A stretch of 64,000 nt of DNA from Mizuhopecten yessoensis. Taxonomy: Eukaryota. Below the pieces are notes generated by a model. It was not told the origin of the DNA, did not search any database, and saw only the letters and a list, made by a program, of their open reading frames with translations. This document shows, in pieces, positions 36,901 to 47,584 of the stretch. The stretch spans positions 556,895 through 620,894 of the forward strand of contig NW_018408028.1 of the NCBI RefSeq assembly GCF_002113885.1, given 5' to 3'. The position numbers were made by a program, and so were the translations under genes. Position 1 is the first letter of the stretch. Each line of letters opens with the position of its first letter.

Positions 36901-38412
36901 TCAGTCTAAATGAGAGGTAACTCTCATGCGTTTGACTTTAGCTCGGTGGTTCTTAAACCACAGCTGAACATTTTTTGGCTCTAGTTTTGGAAACTTTTGC
37001 CTATAATCGGAGCGATTAAGGTCCTCGCAGTATTTATCAATCATGTACGACGATGGGTGTGTGTCTTCTGTAAACCACTTCTCAAGTTTCGGGATCTCTG
37101 TCATGGGATCAATGAAGACTCGCGTGCGCCGTTTACGGTGAGCATTTCCTGGGCTTGCTTTGTGATGAGGATGCTGCGATTGCTGTTGTTGCTGGTGCTG
37201 ATGATGTTGAAGTCTTGCAGCAGCAGACTGCTGTGCCATGAAGTGAGTATTCATCGGAAAGTAGTGCATGGCCAGGGGGTGGGGAAAGTGGGGGATGTGT
37301 AGGGGCTGGTGGAGGCCACTTGTTGGGGTTGTCGGCATCCTTGATATATGGTTGCTGAGGTAGTCCGCCTCTGAGAAGTCCTTATTGTAGGATAGAGATG
37401 AAAGTTTATGACTAGATTCTGAATCCTCGTTTGATTGTTCCTCATAATCTGACTCCATGTCATCGTCATCTTCCGAGTCAGACATGTGCATGCCGTTGGA
37501 TTGTGGTGCCTCACGCTCCCCCATGCTTATTCGATCTACATCGTCCTTGACCCCTTTAATGAGATCTGTCACACACTCACCATCTCCTAAATCTGGTGTC
37601 TCCTCCTTAATGCTGACTGGAGACTTTTCTTGATGCGTTTCCATGGTGTCCATGGCCTCCACTTCCTCATCTGCACTATCTGACTTGCTGTCACATAAGT
37701 CTTTCTCCTTCTTAATATCTGGACTAGAGACTGGCCTTCGGGATTGGGACAGGTCACATGGCTCTTTGGACTGGTCATGTGACGAGTCATGTGACATGAA
37801 GGGACCGTGGTAAGGGTAGGGGACAATATACACAGCATTTTTATTGGGCAAGTAGGGAACATTACGATCAATTGTAACGGGACTGTTCTCCAATCCCTCC
37901 TCCATTTCAAAAGAGTTATCATCAAAGTTTCTAGAAGCCCGACGATGAGCTGCTCGAGCGTTTTTGAACCAGTAGATTATATTGGTGAGATCTAATGGAC
38001 GTCTTCCTTTGCGAGATTCCAGTTTATTCAACTCTTCGAGAAACCGAATCATTTGCTCTCTTGTAGGGTGCTGGCACTCTGCAAACCATTTCTGGAGACG
38101 GGGAATTTCATGCTCAGGATCGAAAGATGTGCGCATCCTAGTCTTGCCGTGATTCAGACCCGTAAGTGAGGTGAGTGGAGGGCTGTGATTGGCTGGGCTG
38201 TTGCTGAAGTGATTCTCGTGGGCAGCTACAGTGCCATTGATGGTGCCATTGAGAGCCTTTTCGGGAGAGCGTAGATCTTCAGGTGCCCCATTCTGCTCCT
38301 GAGACTTTTTGGCTTTCTCTACTTGTTCATCATACCACTTGTCAAACGCACAGCGCACATCATGCGGAAGACTAGACAGTGTGTCACCCTTGGTAATGGA
38401 GGAGAGCAGAGA
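36901..38412 (-). CDS. dve: Dve arm terminal exon A2: rest of the divergent CUTL plus two atypical K50 homeodomains
   Basis: ORF 36901..38424, ttgcag acceptor; HD1 RMRTSFDPEHEIPRLQKWF...YWFKNARA, HD2 RTRVFIDPMTEIPKLEKWF...LWFKNHRA, both with the Dve-type helix2-3 insertion. Confidence 0.93.
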   Translation of the reverse strand, partial: SLLSSITKGDTLSSLPHDVRCAFDKWYDEQVEKAKKSQEQNGAPEDLRSPEKALNGTINGTVAAHENHFSNSPANHSPPLTSLTGLNHGKTRMRTSFDPEHEIPRLQKWFAECQHPTREQMIRFLEELNKLESRKGRRPLDLTNIIYWFKNARAAHRRASRNFDDNSFEMEEGLENSPVTIDRNVPYLPNKNAVYIVPYPYHGPFMSHDSSHDQSKEPCDLSQSRRPVSSPDIKKEKDLCDSKSDSADEEVEAMDTMETHQEKSPVSIKEETPDLGDGECVTDLIKGVKDDVDRISMGEREAPQSNGMHMSDSEDDDDMESDYEEQSNEDSESSHKLSSLSYNKDFSEADYLSNHISRMPTTPTSGLHQPLHIPHFPHPLAMHYFPMNTHFMAQQSAAARLQHHQHQQQQQSQHPHHKASPGNAHRKRRTRVFIDPMTEIPKLEKWFTEDTHPSSYMIDKYCEDLNRSDYRQKFPKLEPKNVQLWFKNHRAKVKRMRVTSHLD

Positions 38413-38716
38413 CTGCAACGACAAAGAAAGTATAACAAAATCATAGTAAGGGATGGTTTAAATACCCGATGTACTGTAAAGCTAGGAGAAACAAAACATA
38501 TACTTTCAAGGTACCTCATACATTTAGCATCTAAAAGTGCAGATTTTTTTTGATTTTTTTTTAGTGTTAAACATACCACAATTTTTAATATTAACAAATG
38601 ATGAACACTGCAAAGTATACAAGTTATGACCCCTGTGTGTTTCCATTCGGGCCAACAAGGTTTTATAAATACAAGTTGAAAAAAGTTGTTTCATATTTGT
38701 TATAAAAGAAAAATAA

Positions 38717-38987
38717 AGTTTACATACAGCGAAACCCATAAATATGACAGAAGTTATTAATATGACAGAAATTTACATACAGCGAAACCCATAAATATGA
38801 CAGAAGTTTACATACAGCGAAACCGATAAATATGACAAAAGTTTACATACAGCAAAACCCAAAAATATGACAGAAGTTTACATACATCGAAACCCATAAA
38901 TATGACAGAAGTTTACATACATCGAAACCCATAAATATGACAGAAGTTTACATACAGCGAAACCCATAAATATGTCAGAAGTTTACA
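38717..38987. repeat. 35-bp minisatellite (aagtttacatacagcgaaacccataaatatgacag), about 7 copies, in the A1-A2 intron
   Basis: Direct tandem units starting about 20 nt into the intron. Confidence 0.9.
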
Positions 38988-39007
38988 ACAGAAAGGAAGT
39001 AACTCAC

Positions 39008-39113
39008 CTTTTCTATGGGACAGCCGGATGTGAGGAGGAGCCCGTGTGATTGGGTAAGGAGAAGTTGTAGTAATTTACTCTTCACTTCGTCGGTAGAGCT
39101 CAACTTTGATTGG
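39008..39113 (-). CDS. dve: Dve arm exon A1 (QSKLSSTDEVKSKLLQLLLTQSHGLLLTSGCPIEK), phase 2->0
   Basis: tttccag acceptor, AAG|gtgagt donor; resembles the Dve KLLxLLxxQSHxxLxxxGCP segment. Confidence 0.88.
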
Positions 39114-39773
39114 CTGGAAAGTGCAAACCAAAATTGGCGCATGTCGTTTAAAAATCGGAACTACAAGCTACTTGGTATCTGTATTTAGTATTATAGAAAA
39201 TACCCACACAACAACTGGAAAACACACTTTATTTTAAAATGGTTGACATTCAATTTCAATCCAAACGGTTTTTATTTTGATGAGAGTTGAAAGGAAGCGA
39301 AAGTAACTTTCTTCATAATAATAATGTATTAAGATATGCTGGTTGAAAGGATACAAAACAATATTATCTTTTTATATACAATATTGTGTCAGTGAAGGTT
39401 GTCTCCCCTGGGGATGTCATGGTTATATAATGGTTGATCAAGGATGTTTCATAAACATAACTTTCCATTTATTTTATGGATGAGGAATTCCACAAAATAA
39501 AAACAATGTGTTAGATTCAACAGAAATGTATTACTGTTTGCTATTTAAGTTTATAAAAACAGGATAAAAGTGTTGATCAATCCGTATGATTAATTCAGAC
39601 AAAAGAATAAATAAACAAAGGTTTTTATCAAGATTTTGTTCCGACAAGTTTGAGTTTATTTCTGAAGGGTTTGAGTTTGTCATAAATGGTTTCTTTTTTC
39701 TTATAGTTCAGTGTCTGAAATAATCAGGACTTTGTACAATTGACTGTTTGACCTTGGAACTATTGATTGATAC

Positions 39774-39900
39774 CTGCTGAGGCGTATCCGCAGTGTCGCC
39801 ACCTGTGTCAGTTCTCCCCAAATATCTTCCAGTGTTGCTTTTTCGTCATCAGTGATAACTTCGAAGGTCAAAGGTCGCCAGTTCTTGATTTGTACTGCAC
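39774..39900 (-). CDS. dve: ULD/COMPASS exon 2 (GAVQIKNWRPLTFEVITDDEKATLEDIWGELTQVATLRIRLS), 127 nt, phase 1->2
   Basis: aacag acceptor, CAG|gtatca donor; not in the ORF track, translated by hand; matches the C-terminal half of the ULD. Confidence 0.9.
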
Positions 39901-41328
39901 CTGTTTGTGGGTAAACAACATCGATGGAAATTACGTTTTACCAATCATCAATCCCGTTAAGACGCATGAAAAATATTTGAGCTTGATCAAAACCTTGATT
40001 ACAAAATTTCTTGTCAGAGCTTTAATATCTTAATGTTTTATACCAGAACTAAACAGCTGATCAAAGAAGCCATTTAGCCAAATTGGTGATGAATATTTAA
40101 ACACAAGAGTTTCTTCTCTGATGCACAAATGTCAAAAATAACGAAAACGATCAAAGCATTGATTTACTAATGTTTTTCCTCAATATTTAATATTCCAGTT
40201 TCTCCTACTCAATTTAAAAGTGATCCAGTTTGCGATTTACCAATATTTCTCATCCATGTGTAAGGCCGTCTAGCTTTCTCCCATTGAGTGTCTAAACCTG
40301 AACACTTATGTTTGGTATACGTGCCAGTAACATTTCTGATTGAATTCCACTTGTGTATAAAATCTAGTCATTTTCAGCCCGACTTTATATATATGGATGC
40401 GTTCACTTTCCATTTCATTCAAAGTTAACGACGATATTGGAAACATTGTGTTCTATTTCAAATATCCATTTCTAGAAAGCGTTCAGATTGCAGAGCTGAG
40501 GAAAGACCAATTTATCTATGATCTGTTGTTTCTACATATTCTGAAATGCTACTGAAAGTTTCATTTAACATTTTATATAATTCATTTATTTTCTCAGTAT
40601 CATTATCATTGATAAGTCCTGACAGTCCATCAACACTTCTCCTTTTAAATTTCATTTATTGAAAAAACACACAAAAAAACCCATTGTTTTTAAAAAGAAA
40701 GTAATTCAATGATCAAATTTTTTTTATTGAACTTTCTGAATATTCTACTTTGTTTCGACTGTGTTACAGGTTTTAAGAGTATAGATTGGAGCGTAAAATA
40801 ATCGTCTGTAGAAATATGTGTTACTTAGCACAGGTGTTGAAACAAACACATTCAAATAAATTAACTTTTCTGGCTACTTATTTTTATGACCATCCTTCAA
40901 GAATGTTTAAATAACAATAGTGTGTCTGAAGAAATATAACAAGATCTTATATTTTACATTCTAGAAAATTATTGATCAAATATCTAGTACCTATACTATA
41001 CAGGTACTTATAATACACACTTCACCGAGATTATGTTTTTACAAAAAAAACAACACCTGGAAATAACAGACAAAATATGTACTCTTTGAACTTAGTCCTT
41101 ATAGAAGAACAAAGATTAGTATTTATTTATGGTGTTGCACAAAATTAAAACCCTTAAAATTTGTTCTTGAAACAAAAACTGTAAAATTTAACCTCGCAAA
41201 ACTAAGACATTTAACAGTATCTGATAAAGTAATTGACTTTGTTTGAGTGGTTTGACGTCCACTTCACTACAATAAAGTAATTTACTGTATTTAAGGGATT
41301 AACTATTGGCGAGGGTTTCCGTGGTTAC

Positions 41329-41529
41329 CTTTAGCACTGATGGCCTCTGAGGGGTTGTATCCCAGTTTGATAAGTGCGGTCCTCACAACTTCGCCGAAAA
41401 GGGTGGTACTGGGAAGTATCGCGTAGGAATCCAGCTCCACGGAACTGTTGGAGCCACACTCCGGGGTGTCAAAGGTCACGACCCCTGTTGTTTGCTCAAT
41501 GATGCAATGCACAGGTAACGACTTTGTAC
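41329..41529 (-). CDS. dve: COMPASS/dve-SATB family gene: ULD/COMPASS exon 1 (GTKSLPVHCIIEQ...LIKLGYNPSEAISAK), phase 1->1
   Basis: ttccag acceptor, AAG|gtaacc donor; LPVxCxxE and ALxxLGY motifs typical of the SATB/Dve N-terminal ubiquitin-like domain. Confidence 0.9.
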
Positions 41530-42949
41530 CTGGAACATACATAATTTTGAAACCATTAAATACATTTCAATGCTTTAATAAAATTTGGTAATGTCAATCA
41601 AAAAGAAATTTGACAATCATATCTTTTGTCAAAAAAACAAACAAACCAGAAAGACAAATCAATCAAATATTTCTCCATACTGTGGCAAGCAATAACCGAG
41701 AAATGTATTTTTACTAAAAATTACAGTGACAATTTGATGTATCAATTCTTAAAATAATCATTTTATTATCCAAGAATTTAGACAAATATCTTTATTTTAA
41801 TATATTTATAAATTTCACACAAAATGGTCTTAAATTTCAAGCCATAAATTTTCTTTTTAAAGATTAATATGTGCGTATGGGTATAGAATCTTACGTAAGT
41901 TTAATTTCAAAAATCTTGTACATTTTTTTTTTTATAAAATTAAAATCTATCAAATTTTCGATATTACACCATTCCTTTGGATACTTTTAGTTTCTCATGA
42001 CTGCTCATGATCATGGTCTGAAAAACGGATTTTATGACGTTAGAACTTAATCATTATAATAATGTTTAATACCAGGAAAATATTTTTGACTAGGACTTTT
42101 TAATATGACCAGCAACTTCCTACACATGATAGAGTGATCAGGCTTGTGCTAATAAACTCATAATTAATCTACTGGGGATTTATTTAAGAATAATGACAAA
42201 ACAGGAAGCATAAATTAAAAAAATAAATCATTGCATCTTCTGTCGAATCTTTCAAAAAACCACACACAGACATCACCTTCTCCCATTTCTTCCCTCCCCA
42301 TCCGTTACCCTCCCCATCCTTTAGCAAACCCTCCAGAATATTCTGTTCATTAACAGATCAATGTGCGAGATACCGGTCCAATACAAGGTACAAACCGCTT
42401 CATATAAGTGACAATTTAACTCCAATCTAAACTTCACTACCCGTCCGTATACCGAAACACACAATAACTAACATCTCGGCCGTAATTACTCAAGTGGGTC
42501 TATCCCGTAATTCTATGTTTTCCATATGTCATTTGGAGTTTCTCATGCTTTTTCACATAATTTTAGTGAATAATTTCTAATTCTAGGTGCTTAGTTTCTT
42601 CATCTTTAAACTTATATTACGGAATCAGTTTTTGATTCCCACTTCTACAATTATCATATTTTTCCCAGTGCATAATTCTTAATGCATCTGTTGAGGAGAG
42701 TCTTGGTTGAATATTTCCGCTTGGCACTGATTAGGTTAATTAAAATATATATCATATAGGACGTCTCGACCACTTATAAACATCAGAGGGGAAATAAATT
42801 ATGTTAATTAAATAAAAAATTGGATGAAGATGTTGTAAAAGAATTCTGGCCTTGTTCAATCTAAAACTGTAGACCGTTTGTATAGTTTTGTTAAGGTTAA
42901 ATCTTGGTGATAGATATATCAATATAGATTTCTTTGACTGATCTACATG

Positions 42950-43335
42950 TAAATACAGGATCTGTCATTCGTTTCCCTTCATATTAGATTTATGATACAA
43001 GTTCTGGATTTTTCATGTTTGCAAGCCTCTGGCGAGCAAATATGAAAAATCCAAAACGAGTATCATAAATTTAATATGAAGGGAAATTAATGACAGATTC
43101 TTTTTATCATATTAAACAAAGTAAACTGTATAATTGTGATCTGAACGAATATTTTGCACTTGGCCGCCTCTGAAACAATGAAAACTTATCCGCTTCACAA
43201 TGACGTGACGTACACATTGATTGTTCCTATTCGATTGTGACGTCATTTCCGGAGTGATATTACAGACGTTACATAAACATAATGTATGTGATGGCTTTAT
43301 GGCACTGCATAACACGGTATTCATAAGATATGTAT
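42950..43335. mobile_element. Interspersed element containing a ~140-bp palindrome (42960-43098)
   Basis: ~60-bp imperfect arms atctgtcatt...catgtttgc / gcaaatatg...aatgacagat around a 13-nt loop. Confidence 0.55.
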
Positions 43336-44333
43336 CACCTTACTTAATGGGTTTTGACAGATAGTTCTGTCTATAAGGAGAACAAAGCTGATCAGATTTG
43401 TACTCAAATGATCATATGATGATGTTTTTATTCCATCAATATGACAAAATGAAATAATTTCCTAAAATTGAAATTATTTAGGGGACTAGACTGATGACAT
43501 GCGACCTTAATTTTCTTTCTGTTTGGGATATCTATATCAAATAAGTTGATTTCCTAATAACTAATATATCAATAAACAAACAGCATAAAATATTCTCTAA
43601 TTCTTAACCAAAATCTTCCCATCACTAAACTTACAGATACATCGTAATTATATAGTATAAAACAGTCCAATTTTATCCTTTTATAGAAAGTGAAATAAAA
43701 CCTCTGTACACAACTGTGGAAGTTTGCGGTTATACAGTAGTTTGACATACAACTCCTATGCTACCCCAGTGTACACAACGTTTACCCCTAACCATTTCCA
43801 CGACAATATGCACTCTTCCACATGAAAAAAACATACAAAGAAATGGATTGTTACACATTTCTACCATCTTAATCCCCTTTACATCTGAACTCTTCGGCAA
43901 AAGAGATTACAAATCCTCCTATAAACCCCTAGGAATGATTTCGATAAGAAGTAATCCACGTTTTATCCCCGTCACGTTCCTATGTGTACGGTAATCTTTT
44001 TTTCCCGCTGAAATGATATCCCTCACGATTACCCTAGTCAGACTCAGCACTGCGTTTAACATAGCAAAATAAAATGCCAATATTTACGAAGGTTTAAAAA
44101 CTAAATCTCGCAACAAATTGAGTCGTGAAAAGATGAAATGTTATCTTGTAAATTATGGCTGTTGGGTAAGGCTTTAATTTTACACCACTTAGAGGGAGGT
44201 TTTCGCCACCAGTGGCCAGATCTGTGTTTGATCCAATCCTGATTTGGGATATATAGCAAGTCGTTATAATTCTCGGAGGAGTGACGCAATATAAGTTAAC
44301 GCTTCATCTTCTACCGTTAACTATTGTATAACC

Positions 44334-44689
44334 TTCAAATCACTGCTACCCAGTAAAATGTTCAAATCACTGCTACCCAGTAAAATGTTCAAATCACTGC
44401 TACCCAGTAAAATGTTCAAATCACTGCTACCCAGTAAAATGTTCAAATCACTGCTACCCAGTAAAATGTTCAAATCACTGCTACCCAGTAAAATGTTCAA
44501 ATCACTGCTACCCAGTAAAATGTTCAAATCACTGCTACCCAGTAAAATGTTCAAATCACTGCTACCCAGTAAAATGTTCAAATCACTGCTACCCAGTAAA
44601 ATGTTCAAATCACTGCTACCCAGTAAAATGTTCAAATCACTGCTACCCAGTAAAATGTTCAAATCACTGCTACCCAGTAAAATGTTCAA
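44334..44689. repeat. Perfect 27-bp minisatellite (ttcaaatcactgctacccagtaaaatg), 13 copies
   Basis: Identical tandem units. Confidence 0.96.
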
Positions 44690-45328
44690 ATGTTTTAAAG
44701 TTTGCCAAAAAACTTAAAAACCTATCAAATTTATGCCTGTACATTTCAGTACTGTAATGGGATATGTCTAAGTACTTCAAAATGTTTTTGGAAATGAATA
44801 TATTTGAAAGTGCGTATATCAGCTCAACATATCCCACACTACATCAAATATGGAGTTTACTTGCTGTCTCTAGTATCATTTTCATCTTATAATTACGGTA
44901 GAGTACCACAAGTTTGATCATCCTAATTGAATACAACTTCTAACTCATTATGTTGTTCTAGTGTAATTTCCCCCTGATCAGTGGTATGTTCACTAGAAAA
45001 CAATAGTGTGACATGAAAACACCTTGGGTAAGAAGAATGGGGCCTGGGCCCACTTTACTGACTGATTAAGACCGAGATTCATTGAATACATACACCTTTT
45101 ATTAAACTTTCCATATGTAAAGAACCCTGGAAACATTTGTATTAACCAAATTTTACAACAGGACAACTGGACAAGCAATATACTTGTGATGATTAATAGT
45201 TAAAATATTTTAGTTCGTACAAACTGGAAAATGAGATGGTAAAATAATGTTTTGTAACAGCAGCGGTAAGAAACTGTTCTTGATCCCAGCCTTCGAACCT
45301 ATGTTTACAGGCACATCAAGACATCATG

Positions 45329-45419
45329 TTAACCCATTCACCCCTAAATTCATATTTGAACCTTACTAAATCATAGACTTGGTGAATCCATTTGAAAAAT
45401 GTAGGGGTGAATGAGTTAA
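45329..45419. mobile_element. TTAA-flanked hairpin MITE, family 1
   Basis: ttaacccattcacccct...aggggtgaatgagttaa. Confidence 0.8.
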
Positions 45420-46325
45420 GTAATGCAGCAGTTTTACATGTTTTCCTCCTGTAACAAGTTCGTAGTTCAACACATCAAAGTTCAATGTTATACACCGCTG
45501 CTTTGATCCAAATAGTAAGTTTAAATTAAATTTCAATGTAATAACTAGAATATGCCGGTAATTAACCGTGGATACGGAAAAATCATCCAATCATTTCGTG
45601 ATCAAACTTTTGGGATTGGGATATTTTAGAAGTAGTAAGATGGCAGTTCAATAAAGAAGATTCTTTTAAATAGTTTAAGAAAAAGGTTTTAAGAATTCAG
45701 ACGATATAATTAAATTTTATACTTTAAAATCACAAATACATGATGCCAGGCTTAACTTTCCTACTTGTGCCAAAGTATGGAGATTTTAATTTTATAATTA
45801 GTTTGGAAGAAAAGCAGAATTCACAGGCAACTCGTTACTTGGCAAGAAGCACGAACCTCAGTTATGAAACAAATTTTAAAGCTTTACCAACGTAACACAA
45901 TAAATGTACACCACAGTCCGTTGAAAATGCAGAAATTTCAAGATAAATCATACAACTTCATCTACACCATTAAAGAAATGTATTGTTTGTAATGGAAAAC
46001 ATGAGGAAACTTACAGAATAGGGCTGAAATACACTGAACTTAAAGACAATAGAGAAAGTGGAAATTTTAAAAACAGAAATCAGTAATTGATGAATCTATG
46101 ATTACTGTTGGATTACAGTAAAAGATACTGGCCATTAAGTGTTTGAGCCACCACTACAGCATCAAGCTATTGATTTGTAAAAGAACAGTTTATATTTTGT
46201 TAATATCTTGAGAATTATGTATTCTTCAAATAGGTAATGATATATGAAGAATAGTTACAGATCATTTTGCAACCATTTTTGAAAAAAATCTACTCCTAAC
46301 ACTGATGAAAGCCTGGTGAAGAAGT

Positions 46326-46752
46326 GCCTGGTGTAATTAGGTCCCTCAACATTACAGTGTATAGGACATGTACACGCCTGGGGTAAGGTCCCTACACATT
46401 ACAGTGTATAGGACATGTACACGCCTGGTGTAAGGTCCCTCGTCATTACAGTGTATAGGACATGTACACGCCTGGGGTAAGGTCCCTACACATTACAGTG
46501 TATTGGACATGTACACGCCTGGTGTAAGGTCCCTCATCATAACAGTGTATAGGACATTTACACACCTGGTGTAAGGTCCCTCATCATTACAGTGTATAGA
46601 ACATGTACACGCCTGGTGTAAGGTCCCTCATCATAACAGTGTATAGGACATTTACACACCTGGTGTAAGGTCCCTCATCATTACAGTGTATGGGACATGT
46701 ACACGCCTGGTGTAAGGTCCCTCATCATAACAGTGTATAGGACATGTACACG
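46326..46752. repeat. 47-bp minisatellite, about 9 copies
   Basis: Unit cgcctggtgtaaggtccctcatcattacagtgtataggacatgtaca. Confidence 0.92.
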
Positions 46753-47499
46753 TCGGATCACTGTAGCCTATGTATAACCACGGTGGGGGTCCTCAACGTG
46801 CAGAACAAAATCACGATTACATTTGACTGCTGAAAATCAGATCTTTTTTCTAACAAAGCATCCGTGAAGGAATACCAGACTTAATTACAAAGTCTCCACC
46901 CCTTCGCTGTGCATTTATCTCTTGGCCAGCAACAGTCAACATAGACCTGACAATTGGATTTCTCCGAGGTCCTTCGATACTTCTTATTCAAGCAGATATA
47001 ATCCCTTTAAAATACCTGGAAGGTCACATCTCCGGATTAAGTCCTGTCAGCTAAGCTGTAGAACTTATTATTCCCCTACCCACAATTTAACATCTCATTC
47101 TGTAAAATGATGGATCAGACAATAAATGTCAGAGAAACAGTTTTTGAAAATGTCTTCAATTTGTTACAGTTTTTGTATTCCTTCTCTAAGATAATGATTT
47201 TGAATCCTTATATGTGTAACTTGTTCGTTAAAAAAATATTCTAGATCAGCAATTTATGTTCGGCTCATCCTTACAAGTTGGCCTCACGTCAATGGCTGAG
47301 GTCCTCCTCCACAGTGGTACAGTAATGGTGTCCAGGTGCTGGGTTGTAAACAGAAGCCTGATAATAATGGGTATTGCCTGACATAGCATGCACCTGCTGC
47401 ATGTTGTTTGGTACAAACATTTGTAATACGGAACCCAATTTTTTTAAGAATATGTTACAATCCTTTTTTTAAACTCACATTTTTTTTAATGTAAGAAAG

Positions 47500-47584
47500 C
47501 TTTCACCACTGTAGACCATAATGGACTCATCCAGATTATTGCAAGGTAAAGTCTACTTCAATTGCATAGGAGTGAAAGGGTTAA
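47500..47584. mobile_element. TTAA MITE family 2, inverted orientation, one end damaged
   Basis: tttcaccactgtagaccataatggactc is the reverse complement of the right arm of the copy at 53275. Confidence 0.7.

Noticed and set aside
47288-47357. Exon-like GC-rich island on - with AG/GT boundaries
   Set aside because: The only frame ending in phase 1, as required to join 41529, contains a stop codon.
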